From contig CM030332.1 of assembly GCA_017654855.1 (NCBI GenBank), forward strand, positions 7,254,001-7,318,000: DNA of 64,000 bases, in the 5' to 3' direction. A program made the position numbers and the translations under genes. How positions within the stretch are numbered: the stretch's first letter is position 1; the number at the start of each line of letters is the position of its first letter. Below, piece by piece: positions 40,737-53,023 of the stretch. The notes below the pieces were generated by a model. The model was not told the origin of the DNA, did no database searches, and saw nothing but the letters and a program-made list of their open reading frames with translations. The DNA comes from Podospora anserina. Its lineage: Eukaryota.

Positions 40737-42765
40737 ATGTCTGATTGGGACAACAAGAACGACCAGACGACCTCCAACGAGGTTGTCAACTCCTTCGCCA
40801 CGGGCGATCTTGCCGCCGCCGTCCCCGACCTTAATGGTGACGGTGAGACCAAGCCCAAGCCCAAGCCCAAGCCCGCAAAAAAGGTCTACAGCGAGGCCGG
40901 CTCTCAGTGGACCCAGCAGGTCCCTTACAACTACAACGAGTTTGGTGATGAGGGACACCACGACTGGGAGCACAATGCTGCCGTCTACGAGTTCGACGGC
41001 GAGATTGGTGATGTTGGCCCTGAGCATCCTGCTCTCGAGATCCAGCTTTTCGGCGAACCCGAGACTCGCAAGAAGCAGGGCGTCGACTTTTCCAAGTAAG
41101 GTTTTTCGACTCTTTCCTCACCTCTCACATCGCCAAGCTGACTTTCATGTAGCATTGCTGAACTCGAGGTCTACCAGGAGGGCCCTGCTCGCGTCGACCC
41201 CATTGCCAGCTTTGAGACCGCTGGTCTCCATCCTGCTATGCTGAACAACGTTAAGCTTGCTGGTTATGAGACCCCGACTCCCATTCAGCGTTACTGCCTG
41301 CCTGCCATCAAGATGGGCTATGACGTGGTCGCTGTCGCCCAGACAGGTAACTATCCTCTTACTCTGTGTTTCTGAAGACAGATTGACTGACCGTCTTGTA
41401 CAGGTTCCGGCAAGACTGCCGCCTATCTGATTCCCATCCTGAATCAGTTGATGGGCAAGGCTAAGAAGTTGGCCGCTACGCGTCCCAATCCCGCCGCCTT
41501 CCGCGAGGGTGTTGACCAGGCTGTCCGCGCTGAGCCCCTCGTTGTCATCGTCTGCCCCAGCCGTGAGCTGGCTGTTCAAGTCTTCACCGAAGCCCGGAAG
41601 TTTTGCTACCGCACCATGCTTCGCCCTTGCGTCATTTACGGTGGCGGTCCTTCCAGTGAGCAGCGCGCCCAGCTCCAAAAGGGCTGCGACGTTCTCATTG
41701 CGTCTCCCGGTCGTCTGATCGACTTCATGGACGATACCAGACTCTTGACCCTCCGCCGTGTTCGTTACATGGTCCTTGACGAGGCTGATGAGATGCTTCA
41801 CGATGACTGGAAGGGTGACTTCGACACGATCATGTCTGGTGGCGGTGAGTTACTTCCCATCCAACGAGTTGGAAACAAGATTATGTGTCTAACTCGTGAA
41901 CAGAGATCGAGGAGGGGAATGTGAGATACATGTTGTTCTCGGCCACTTTCCCCAAGCAATTCCGGGACTTGGCCAAGAACCATCTGGCCGAGACTCATGT
42001 CCGTCTGCGCGTCGGTCGTGCCGGTAGCACCCACCGGAACATCAAGCAGGTGGTTTACGAGACGGCTCCTTTCAATAAGAAGTCGGCTCTCATCGATCTT
42101 TTGGAGTCTTTGCCTCCCACTCGCACCATCATTTTCGTCAACAGCAAGCGGACTGCTGACGAGTTGGATGACTTCCTCTACAATTTGAAGTTTCCCTGCA
42201 CATCGATGCACGCCGACCGCACCCAAAAGGAGCGTGAGGCTGCATTGCGTGGTTTCCGCAGCGGGTTGGCTCCCATTCTGATCACCACTGGTGTCACTGC
42301 TCGTGGCATCGACGTGCGCAATGTAATGCACGTCATCAATTACGATCTCCCCTCGATGGACTACGGTGGCATTGAGGAGTACACTCATCGCATCGGTATG
42401 CTGACAACCGTGATCCTGAGCACCTTGCATGTTGCTAACCATTTCTAGGTCGCACTGGTCGAATCGGCCATCGTGGCATGGCCTCGTCTTTCTTCACCGA
42501 GCGCGATGAGCCCATTGCCTCCGTGCTTACCCGTACCCTTCTCGAGACCGGCCAGGAGATCCCGGATTTCTTGGCTGGCTACATCCCGGAGGATGTCGCC
42601 CATCTCCGATTCGAAGCTGATTCAGACTTCGATGAGACCGAAAACGCTGCGGACAACTTTGGCGGTGATGCCAACGATGGTGGTGATGGCGGTGACGACC
42701 CCTGGGGCGCCGGTGATGCTGCTCCGGTTGCCCAGCCGGCCGCCGAGAAGGATTCTGGTTGGTAA
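40737..42765 (+). CDS. DEAD-box RNA helicase of the Ded1/DDX3/Vasa group
   Basis: Q motif GYETPTPIQ, then AQTGSGKT, PSRELA, SPGRL, DEAD, SAT, ARGID and HRIGRTGRIG. Introns 41096-41152, 41347-41403, 41845-41903 and 42396-42448. Confidence 0.93.
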
Positions 42766-43327
42766 ATCAGGGATGACTTCACATTTGTTCTTTTTTTTTT
42801 GATTGATTTTGCCTGGGGTAATAATCTTGGAGGTTTGTCGGATGGGTTCGGAAGTCTACCTGGAAATTTCTGCTCATATGACCGACAACTTGGGATGGGA
42901 TGATACCTTAGCATAGCTGTTGCGATATGCTTAACCAACAAAGAGAACTAACTGTTTTCAGTGATCTGCCTGGTCTCTTGTGATGTGATCTGTGATTTGG
43001 TGATGAGAAGAAGCGTTTCTGGCCCTCCCACCGACAGGACTTCCACCAAGGCTGGTTGATGCCCCTCGGCATCATCAACATGGGAGGTAGATATTAACAA
43101 CCTTGGTGGCATCTTGCACTTGATCAGTGTACTATTTTCATACTCAGGTTCATAGCATGGCAAGGTCGATTGCCAAGATGACATTTCCTGTATTTTCTGC
43201 TTCGACAAAGTTCTCCCGGTTTGGGTGGGCGGTAGTGAGCACAAAGTCTCATTCGAAATTGAAACTAGCATCATTTTATTTTTTTATTTTTTTATTTTTT
43301 TACATGTGAACAACAATTCACCTCTGC

Positions 43328-45082
43328 TCAGTGTTTTACTGGCGACCCTGAAGCCAACCTCCAAGCCCTCAACGGCAGGGCTTGCAGCTGCAAGACCTTG
43401 GGTCTGATGTACAGCACAAACGTGACGACGCCTATCGCGACGCACAAAATGTTGACAACATGGTACCCATCCCTCTGCATCTCGCATATCCCCCCTCCGG
43501 CCAGACACGTCTCCTTGTCCGCCTGAACAGCACACGAGAACGGCTCCTTGATCAGGGGCGCGCCCGCCAAGGCAATTTTCTCCCGCTGGGCAGCGGTCAA
43601 GTTGTCCAGGTTATTCGGCAGACAAGTGGCGCTGGTGAAGTAATCTACCAGCCTGAGGATGAAGAACCTGGGAAAGGTCCCGCCCAGGTTGCAGACCGTT
43701 GCCAGCAGTGTCATGTACGTGCCGCCAATGGTCGGGTCGGCAATCTTGGCGTGGAAGGCCGAGACGGCGACGAACATGATTGTGTTTGTGAATGTGGAAA
43801 AGACGTGTTGGAGGATGACCATGAGGAGGTAAGTCGGGGTGACGGTGCCAGAGGCGGGAAACACCGAGACGGTGAACTGTGCTACGAGGGCGGCGACGAG
43901 GCGGCCGGCGAAGCCCCAGGACCAGAGGCGCATGGGGGTGAACTGCTGGGACCACTTCCCTGCGTAGTATCCGAGGCCGATCTCAAAGGGGAAGTCGATG
44001 AGGACGGTGAGGGCCATGTTGCTTGTGCCGAACCCCTTGTCCAAGAGCTTGAGGGAGGTGACGGCGTCGTTGGCCTGGAAGCCGATTTTGGCAATCAGGT
44101 GGACGACAATGATGGTCTGAATGTTTTTCAGGTTGAGGATCTTCCACATGGAGGAGTAGACGTCGAATATGCCGTCTTCGTTCTTCGTGCGCTCTTCTCG
44201 TTTGAAGAGGAAGAGGCCTAGGGTGACGAGGATGTAGGACCAGCCCCAGAAGGTTAGGTAGCCTCCGAGAGACATGACTCCGTGGTCGAGGGGGATGGGG
44301 CGGATCCAGCGGTTGGCAAAGTCAGGCGAGTTGAAAGCCAGGAAGACGGTGTAGGACATGAACTGGCCGGCGGTCAGGCCGACGGTTTGGGCGGTGGAGG
44401 CGTAGGAGATGTTGGCTGGGGAAAGGAGGGTGAGGGCCCAGCCGTCGACGGCGATGTCTTGAGTCGCGCACATCAGGACGAGGAAGAACCACCATCCTGT
44501 AAAGCCCCAGACTGTTGGGCCGCCGGGTTTGCCTGTTGTTGCCATGAGGGCTTCGACTTCAGAGCCGAGCCAGAGCATGCCGATGCCTGAGAGGAGCTGG
44601 ATGGGGAGGATCCATGACTTGCGGCGGCCGACCTTGGGGGACCAGACTGCGTCGACGACGGGGGACCAGAAGAGCTTGAGGGAATAGGGGTAAGAGGCCA
44701 AGCTGAAGATGCCGATTTCGCCGTAGGACATGTGGTTCTTGAGGAGGAACGGGACGGAGCCGGTGGCCAGGCCGAGGGGGATGCCCTGGAGGAAGTATAG
44801 GAGGACGAGGAGACCAAAGTTCCTCCTGTCTTGTCTCGGCAGATCAAAGAAGCCATGGCTGCTCCCGTCACGGTCTTTCGGCGACGGGTCGTTGTCGAGG
44901 GAGAAGGATTCGCGGGCCATGAGGCTGGCGGCGGCGGCTTCGGAGGAGGAGTCTTGGGATTGGGGGATGTTGCGACGCATCACTTCGGTTGTGTTCATCG
45001 TGGAGGAGGTCTTCGCCTTGCCTGACCCGGGGGAGCCGCTTCGAGTCGTCGGCGATTTGGCGCGCCGGGCTTTGGCACCCAT
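43328..45082 (-). CDS. Acetyl-CoA transporter (AT-1/SLC33A1, MFS)
   Basis: LLYFLQGIPLGL, YPYSLKLFWSPVVD, ATQDIAVDGWALT and IGGTYMTLLAT motifs. Start taken at MGAKARRAK. Confidence 0.92.
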   Translation of the reverse strand: MGAKARRAKSPTTRSGSPGSGKAKTSSTMNTTEVMRRNIPQSQDSSSEAAAASLMARESFSLDNDPSPKDRDGSSHGFFDLPRQDRRNFGLLVLLYFLQGIPLGLATGSVPFLLKNHMSYGEIGIFSLASYPYSLKLFWSPVVDAVWSPKVGRRKSWILPIQLLSGIGMLWLGSEVEALMATTGKPGGPTVWGFTGWWFFLVLMCATQDIAVDGWALTLLSPANISYASTAQTVGLTAGQFMSYTVFLAFNSPDFANRWIRPIPLDHGVMSLGGYLTFWGWSYILVTLGLFLFKREERTKNEDGIFDVYSSMWKILNLKNIQTIIVVHLIAKIGFQANDAVTSLKLLDKGFGTSNMALTVLIDFPFEIGLGYYAGKWSQQFTPMRLWSWGFAGRLVAALVAQFTVSVFPASGTVTPTYLLMVILQHVFSTFTNTIMFVAVSAFHAKIADPTIGGTYMTLLATVCNLGGTFPRFFILRLVDYFTSATCLPNNLDNLTAAQREKIALAGAPLIKEPFSCAVQADKETCLAGGGICEMQRDGYHVVNILCVAIGVVTFVLYIRPKVLQLQALPLRAWRLASGSPVKH

Positions 45083-46000
45083 ATGTACGTGTAGTGTCTT
45101 TGTTTTCGGCGTGTGTATGATATTCGGGGGGTCTGTTCGAGACTTGTGATATTCTTTGCGGATGGCGCAGAAAGTCGGGAAGCGACTGGTGTGGGTTATG
45201 TGTAGATTCAATGACAGGACGCGCGCAGAGCAGAAGGGCTCATGTGACAGCAAGATCGAAATCGAGGGATGAAAATACTGAGGTCTAGCCTCTTGTTTGG
45301 AAACGGTTAACGAGAGACGAAGTTGACAAATGAGGCACCGAGGTTGTTGTTGCTCCCAACGGCCTCTTTACAAAACTGGCCTCTTCTCAAGGCTCCCCTG
45401 GCGCTCCAACAAGGACCAAAATCAAGCCAAGCCACGTTACGCTGGGCCCGGGGGCTCGGAGCCTGGAGGCGACCCCCTGAAAGCGGTGGAGCTTAACTGT
45501 TTCCAGCAGCAGATCGCGGGGGAGCTAACTGTGGCTTGACTGCCAAGTTTCAAACCTCAGATTTTCTTCCAGAATCTTTTCCTCAAGCATCGCAATGAGG
45601 ACCAAACCCACTCTCACCGACTTCCTGCTGCTCCCAAACGCCTGAGCAGCTGCAACTGCATTCCCCAAATGCCATGTTCAGGTTCAGTTGGCAGTTGAAG
45701 GGCGCTAGCCGGTTTGGTTTAGCGTCCGGCAGCCAAAAGTTCTTGAAGTTCTGGAAGCCCCATGGCGGGGCGGGCGTTGCCAAGCATTATTGGTGAGAGG
45801 GGTCATGAATGGCATGGTCTTGGACTCAATTGTCAACAGTGAGTTTTTTGACTGAACAAATATCTTCGAAAAATCAACAAGGATTCTCAATCATTGAATC
45901 TCGCTTTTACAGCAGCTCTAGTCCTCTTGTGACTGATATCATTTATATCGTCCTCTTCAGCTTCCACTTCCGATCAATATCTACGCGACACCAACACGCG

Positions 46001-46093
46001 TCTCACTCATCCTCTCACTCATCCTCTCACTCATCCTCTCACTCATCCTCTCACTCATCCTCTCACTCATCCTCTCACTCATCCTCTCACTCA
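46001..46093 (+). repeat. 12-nt perfect tandem repeat (tctcactcatcc), about 7.7 copies, directly upstream of the CENP-O ATG
   Basis: Directly visible in the sequence. Confidence 0.95.
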
Positions 46094-46101
46094 CCATCAC
46101 A

Positions 46102-47017
46102 ATGTCCTCCCCACTACGAACCTCACCTCAACCTCCAACCCTCGACGATGAGATATCCGCCCTTCAATCCAAAAGTAAATCCTTCCCCCATTCTCCCGTT
46201 ACCACGTCACTAACATCGCCCAGTCAAAACCCTCAAATCCGCCCTCGCCCTCCAAGCCTCCACCCTCCTCACCAGCCCCTCCACCCTCGCCCTCCTGTCA
46301 TCCGACCCAAAACTCACCTCCCAATCCTCCCTCCACCAATCCCATCACCTCCAAACCCTCTACCGCACCTGCGCAACCCTTACCCTCTTTCGCGCTCAGG
46401 ACCCCGACCCCAACGCCGTCGACGCTGGCTCCATCCTCGGTCTGAGGATAGAGGTTGTTTCGAGAGCTAAATTTCTCAGGCCGTACTATGTCCTTTTCAA
46501 CCGCCCCTGGGCGTCTTCCTCATCCCTCCCAGGGCCGCAGAGGAAATGGCTTAGGGTGCACAGACATACTGTGCCAAGCTGTATCCCCCTGTCTGGGTTA
46601 GCAGCGAGATACCTCCCCTCGCCGGATAAGGATGATACAAGGAGGAAGCAAGATCTGGGAAAATTTGCCAGGGGAGTGAGGAGAGAGGTGGTGAGGTATC
46701 ATGCCAGGTTGGGGACAGTGGCCGATTTGAGGAAGGCTGCTGGGTTAGGTAGGGGAGGGGATGGTGGGGATAAGAGTGGACTGGTGGATATCAGTCCGGC
46801 GGATGCGGAGGTTAGGCATGTGAGCGTTGAGTGGGGGGACGGGAGGACGGGGAGGTTGGTGATTGGGGATGATGGGGAGGTGGAAAAGTTGGTGGTGGTG
46901 GGGGAGAATGGGAGGGACAGGGAGGCGGGGAGGGAGTTGCTTGGGGGGTTGGGGCTGGCGGGGACGGTGAAGGCGGAGGAGGTTGTGAGGAGGTTGGCGG
47001 GGACGGGGGGTGCCTGA
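46102..47017 (+). CDS. Kinetochore protein CENP-O/Mcm21-like
   Basis: After an intron at about 46175-46223: LYRTCATLTLFRAQDPDPNAVDAGSILGLRIEV...RPYYVLFNR...VHRHTVPSCIPL...QDLGKFARGVRREVVRYH. Confidence 0.85.
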
Positions 47018-48254
47018 GGGAGCGTACAGAAGAACGTGGGAATGTGAGCAGATGGGCTTCAGACACATAATGCGCATATTGGTATGTGTTGTTTACATTC
47101 TAACTATAGGGCATGCCGAGAGCATCGCTAACGTTGATTTAGAGAGACGCTATGCTATACTTGCCGCCTCACCCCGCAAGCTCCTCACCAGCTACACAGG
47201 ACACACCAAGCCTTCTGGTCGATACCATCGATCAACCCGACAAGCGGGAGCCACCAACCTACTTCTGAACCCTTTGACCAAAAACGGCCCCAAGGCTGGG
47301 CAATTTATCTCCTCCCCTCGATACGAACTTTTTGACCTGCGTCATACTAAGCGACTCGATGTCACCGCACTGCCCACCTTCCATGCCGCCTCTCGCTTGT
47401 CACTCTGTCGACCACGGCGGACCGAATGTTTGGATGAGAGTGACGCCAACGGGCGGGCTTGGATCACATTGGAGGGTTGCATTGCCGAATGGTCAATGTG
47501 CCGCTGGGCATACATTGGGCGGGTTGGACGGCGGGTAAAAACGGTGGGTGGGTGTCAAAAGGTGGCGGTTTGTCGTCCTGTCAGCCAAAGGCTGCCGAAC
47601 GGCAGAATGGCAGAGAAAGGTGTGGTGCATGTTGCTGTCAGGGGCGGGCAAGACTCTGGGGCGGTTTGGAGGGGAGTTTACTGGCATCTTCCATGCTCCA
47701 TGTCTGCGACGAGAGGGCTGGGAGGTGAGGTTTGTCTCGGTCTGATTTTGTTTTGTGTAGCTGTTGATTGTGGCTTGGGTTTGTCCGGGGTTGAGGTTTC
47801 GTATAACGTGCATCTTGGGAGAAGAAAGAGATGAGGTTGGTATGTTTTGTGGAAACATTCTTTTCAGCATTCTCTTGCGATGTGGACACAATACATACCT
47901 GGCATAGATGGGTCAAGGGGCATTGGGCAACAGCATCACCAATTAAACCAAAGTAAAATGTGTGCAAAATACTAAAAGTATTACTGTTCTCATGATTTTT
48001 TTTCCCCCTTCCCCTCTCAAGTAATCACAAGAAACTACCCATTCAGAAGGAAAAAACATGTCTCATATCTATGAAGTTTTGCTTTTGCTGAACTTTGCTT
48101 AGGTATAAGCCCAACGCTCGCTAGTACATGGCATGAAGAAAAAAAAAAGTGAATAATGTCGGTCCATCCATCATCAATCCAATCCCGTGGAAAATCCCAG
48201 TCATTAATCCATGAGCCTTTTCATATCAAAGCCGAAGAGGTGATTTTGCTTTGC

Positions 48255-48908
48255 TTAAAGGAGGGCAGCGGCGACGGCGATGACAGCCAGGGCTCCGCCT
48301 GCCTTCTGCATGGTTGCAGCTCCGGCGGTAACTGGCCTTCCGGTTGTGGTTGTGATAGGAGGCGGGATGATGGTTCCGATGGTGGTAGGAGGAGGAGGGG
48401 CCGGGGTGGTGACCGGGGGAGGAGGAGGAGGAGGAGGGGGAGGAGCTGGGGTTTCGGTGACCGGAGGAGGAGGCGGCGGGGGAGGGGCCGGGGTCTCGGT
48501 CACCGGAGGAGGCGGGGGCGGGGGAGGAGGGGGGGGAGGAGGGGCGTGTGTGGGCGTGGTAGCCGTGACTGTCGAGGGGGGAGGTGGAGGAGGAGGGGGC
48601 ACCACGGTCGTGGGAGGTGGAGGAGGGGGAGGAGCCTCGGTCTCCGTCACGGGGCAGATGGTTGTGCTGACAGGAATGGTAACAGTGGTGAGAACCGTCG
48701 AGTGAGCCGGGCAGTCGGGGTTGACTGGTGGGCAAGAGGTGATGGTGCGGGTGGTGGTCGCCCAGACGGTGCTGGTGGTCCACTTGCCCACGAACGGGTT
48801 GTCAACGGGGCCACCGAGAGAGAAGGAAGGTGCCTCGTCGTGATATTCATCTCCGTGGGCCGCCACATGGGCAGCCAGAGTGAGAAGGGTGGCGACTGTG
48901 GTCCTCAT
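48255..48908 (-). CDS. Pro/Thr-rich secreted, probably GPI-anchored cell-wall protein
   Basis: Signal peptide, TITSCPP...CP and TTICPV motifs, polyproline repeats, and a hydrophobic tail after VTAGA. Confidence 0.88.
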   Translation of the reverse strand: MRTTVATLLTLAAHVAAHGDEYHDEAPSFSLGGPVDNPFVGKWTTSTVWATTTRTITSCPPVNPDCPAHSTVLTTVTIPVSTTICPVTETEAPPPPPPPTTVVPPPPPPPPSTVTATTPTHAPPPPPPPPPPPPPVTETPAPPPPPPPPVTETPAPPPPPPPPPPVTTPAPPPPTTIGTIIPPPITTTTGRPVTAGAATMQKAGGALAVIAVAAALL

Positions 48909-50845
48909 TGTGATGGTAGATACCTCTGTTGAAGAACGAGAGACAGGAACGAGTGAATGGTACCGTAGGCACTGAGGGTTAGGAACAGAAAAAGCAGAAA
49001 GGCAAAATCAGAAGAGGGGATGCCCTCTAAAATACTCGTGCGAGGGAACTCCTGGTGGGGTGCTAAGGGGCTGGGAGAATCAGCAACTGCAGCACGGCAG
49101 ACAACAGCAAGCAACAAGGGGCGACGATCGGGACCGTCCCTCCATCACCAAGTCTGTCCAATTCGAAAGCGCAGATCTCTCAGGGGAAGGGGGTAGCAGG
49201 TTTCGCACGAACTTGCTGTGTAGTGTGGTGTACATCATGTATGCCACCTGGTTTGGTGAGATAAACAAGGCCAACAAGGTACCCTTTGCATGTGGGAGCT
49301 TGGCGGCTAAAGAATATAAGGTGTGCCTGGCAATCAACTTCCATATTAAGCTGATCCATGGCCCCAACAGACAAGAAAAACCGACTGCATGACGGAGAGA
49401 GACATGCAGAGCAGCCTGTCCTGGAGGGGGAAAAGACAAAGAGGGAAGAACAGTACCCCTGAGTGGCGTCTTTCGGCCCTTGCGTCAGCTGGTGAGTAGA
49501 GGTGCCGGATGACGCGACGGACGAAGCCTCCCAAACGATGTGACCCCCGATCGTCCAGTCGACAATCGGTGCCTGCATTGGTTGCTCTGGGGCCAGCGTT
49601 GGTGGAGGGCACAGCAGTGTGCCCCTGCATTTGAACACAACCCAAGCTCACGGCGGATGGCTTGAGCTGAGCTTGTTTTCCAACTTCTTCCCTCCCGCCC
49701 CCCCTCGGAAGCAACTGCCCTGGCTTCCCATGGCTGCCGGAGGTTGACACAACGACATCGGCAGTGGTCTGAGAGCAGAGACATTGATATCAACACGGCC
49801 GACCGGGTTGACCACGACACAACGCCGTGGATTATGGTCTGCTTGAACCCGTCATCAGCCTCCCCAAAGTCTGGGGGAAGTGGTTCACCGCAGTCGGCAG
49901 TGCTGTCCAGTGGGAGTTGGACGGCATCCGGTCTAGGAGCGGGGAATCTGCCAGACAACCATGGATGCATCACATTCGTCAGCCAAGGGGAAACACACCA
50001 CCACCACGCAGTGCAGAGCAGGCACATCAACACCCTAAGAGGAAGGAGGGGAAACGACGGCACAAGTGTGATCAGGCACAGTCGACTGTTCGTTGGCTGG
50101 CGACGGCGCGTGGTAAAACCCAGTTGTCCTTCTCCTCATAAGAGGCGTGGAGGCGAGCTTCTCCATGAATTCTTCATTCATCCAAATGGGAATGACGGGA
50201 CCATAGGACGACATGGGCTCAACATTCGGTCGATCAAAGACATCATCTGGGTAGCACAACCATGAGGGCCACCAGTTTCGACGACCAGGTGACACAGTGG
50301 AAGCCTAAGAACACCTCTGTGAAACAAGGGCTTCTGGCGTCTTTTCGGCGTATCCCTGAGGCCAGAGACCGGATACTGAACTGACGTGGCTGATAGAAGA
50401 TAAAAGATTGGGATGAGAAGAAGTTGTCTGCCATGTCTCTTCGCTCGTGGCTGGCTTACTCACCAGGCACCACCCTGCTGAAGATCAATGTGGCTGAAGG
50501 CTCAGAAGGGCCAGCGGGGCGCTGTGGCTGATGCTATGCTCCGCGCCATTGACAGACAGCTTGATGCTGCGACAATTCGGCCACATATTGGTTTCCATGT
50601 TGGCAGATCTGTTAATTTGATGCGCCCGGGTTTCCGGTAACTTGGAATGTTCTGTTGCCCTTCTACACTATCATTAACTGTGCAGGGCGAGATTGTACGA
50701 TTACACAGACCTGCTTATTCAGACACTCCCTACATCATCACCGCCGCTCATCACTTTGCGACTCGCCAAGTTGCGACACCAACATCTGGCAAAGTAAGCA
50801 AATACAGAAGCACAGCAAGAAGGCCTGCCCCGCGGGTTCAGGGAC

Positions 50846-52350
50846 ATGGCACCAGCCGTAGATGCCGCGACCCGGAAAAGGGTTTTGAGGGTCATCTTTG
50901 TTTCCCTGCTGTTAGACTTGGTAAGCATAACATTTTATTTTGTCTTGGGTCTTGGGGGTGCCTGGCACTTGTACGCATGCTGACAGCTCTTACTTGCCGG
51001 CAGCTCTCCTTTACCTTCATCCTGCCCCTGTTCCCGAAACTGCTCGAGTTCTACCGCAACGCTGAGGCACCGCTCGATGCTTCCGCCCCGGCATCCAAGA
51101 CTCTGCTTTCCGGCGTGCTGGGCTACCTCAATGCGTACAAGGCCGCCTTTGCGCGTCCGATTGAGTCCCGATATGATATTGTGCTGCTGGGCGGGGCTCT
51201 GGGAAGCTTGTTCTCGTATGCAACCCGCTTTTTTTGCTGGCGTATGAGTTCTCCTGTGTTGACATTTTGTGTACCCTTTAGTCTTCTCCAAGCTTTTGCC
51301 TCCCCCATCATTGGTCACCTATCTGATCGCCATGGCCGGCGCACTGCTCTTCTCGCCAGCATGGCAGGCAACATTCTCTCTGTCCTTCTTTGGGTTGTTG
51401 CTGTCGACTTCCGAACCTTCCTCGCCTCCCGAGTTGTAGGCGGTCTCTCCGAAGGCAACATCCAGATCGCTACCGCCATTGCAACCGACATCTCCGATGA
51501 CACCTCCCGCGGCTCCACCATGGCCCTCATCGGCGCATGCTTCTCCATTGCCTTCACCTTCGGTCCGGCCCTGGGTGCTTACCTCTCTACGGTTCCCACC
51601 GTGGCAGCCAACCCTTTCGCTACTGCTGCCTCGTTCTCGCTCTTCCTCATCGTTACCGAGACCGTCTACCTCTGGTTCTCTCTTCCCGAGACCCTCCCCA
51701 AGTTGACCGGCGCAGACAAGAAGAGCACCAAGTCGGAGGCCAAGCCGATTCGCAGAACCAACTCTCACTTTCTCCTCAACTTTATCCACTTCACTTTCTT
51801 GCTGTTCTTCTCCGGCATGGAATTCTCTCTGCCCTTCATGACGTATGATCTGTTTGGATATTCCTCGGCCAGTAATGGTCGCCTGCTTGGCTATGTTGGT
51901 CTTGTTGCCTCTCTCCTCCAGGGAGGTGTCACTCGCCGTCTTCCACCGCTCCTCTCGGTCAAGACTGGCGTGTTGGCTTGCCTTGCTGCCTTTGCCATGC
52001 TCGGTCGCATCACCACCGTCGGTGGTCTGTATCTGGCTGCGACATGCCTCGCTACCACTTCGGCTACTGTTGTTTCTGGCCTGAACGCCCTGAGCAGTTT
52101 CGAGGCGAGCGAGGATGAACGCGGCAGGAAGCTGGGTGTTATGAGAAGTTGGGGCCAGCTCGGAAGGGGCCTGGGGCCAATTCTGTTCACCAGTGTGTAC
52201 TGGTGGGCCGGGAGAGGCACAGCCTACACCCTCGGTGCGACGGGCATTGCGGTGGTGAGTGCTCTGGTGTTGTTCGGGTTGAAGACGCCACCTGGGTCGG
52301 TGAAGGCCAAGACCATGACCTCGTCGAAGGTGGAGAAGAGTGAGCTTTAG
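50846..52350 (+). CDS. MFS transporter (tetracycline-efflux/MFSD10-like)
   Basis: MAPAVDAATRKRVLRVIFVSLLLDL spliced (intron 50921-51003) to LSFTFILPLFP. MFS motif A GHLSDRHGRR. Second intron at about 51217-51280. Confidence 0.9.
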
Positions 52351-52742
52351 TTGGCCGAGGGGAAGAGGTGAGGTTTCGTTGTATCTATTCTCACGTGAAC
52401 ATGTTGACCATAGACATCTAGTGTGACATTTGGACTGTACCTAAACATGAGGAAACAACAAGGGTTTTTTGCTCTCTCTCTCTCTCTCTCTCTCTTTGCG
52501 TGGCTCTCTTCAGGGCTTCCAGAACGACAGACGAGGTTCCAAGTTGACACCTGCGGAGAAAAGATTAGGTTCTGCCATACATGCCCCCCTATCCATTCTC
52601 AAACACCAGAATTTGGACCCCGGGAAGCCTCTCAGCGCCCCATTATCCATTTTATAGATAAGGTACACTCTCCACGCTCTTCCCCATCCCAACCAGCCAG
52701 CCGTGCCTTCCACCTGACCAAGTGTCGTCGTTTCCACCAGGT

Positions 52743-52820
52743 ACCACGTTCCATAGACTCACCACGTTCCATAGACTCACCACGTTCCATAGATTCACCA
52801 CGTTCCATAGACTCAACACG
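52743..52820. repeat. 18-nt tandem repeat (accacgttccatagactc), about 4.3 copies
   Basis: Directly visible. The third copy has one C>T change. Confidence 0.95.
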
Positions 52821-52875
52821 GTACTTAAACTCTAGCACCCGCCACCCAAAGCAACAAAAAAGTGGTCTGCGTGCA

Positions 52876-53010
52876 GCCCTCGTGGAGAAATGGTAACTCG
52901 TCAGCCTCCTAAGCTGAAGACTGCGGGTACGTTAGGGGTTCGATCCCAGCTGGCACCACATTGAAAATTGACCAACAGTTGAGAAATAGGTTCGAGTCCC
53001 GTCGGCGGCG
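52876..53010 (+). tRNA. tRNA-Arg (anticodon CCT) interrupted by a 63-nt intervening sequence in the T-arm
   Basis: Exons 52876-52926 and 52990-53010 form a 72-nt cloverleaf: acceptor GCCCTCG/CGGCGGC (one C:C mismatch), D arm GAGA-AATGGTA-ACTC, anticodon arm TCAGC-CTCCTAA-GCTGA, variable loop AGACT, T arm GCGGG-TTCGAGT-CCCGT, discriminator G. Confidence 0.88.
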
Positions 53011-53023
53011 GTGTTCTTCATCA

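Noticed and set aside
52743-52820. CRISPR-like array
   Set aside because: Head-to-tail repeats with no spacers, in a eukaryotic genome without cas genes.
52876-52958. Uninterrupted tRNA using the first GGTTCGATCC as its T-loop
   Set aside because: The T-stem (AGGGG/CCAGC) and acceptor (GCCCTCG/TGGCACC) do not pair, whereas the downstream half pairs well.
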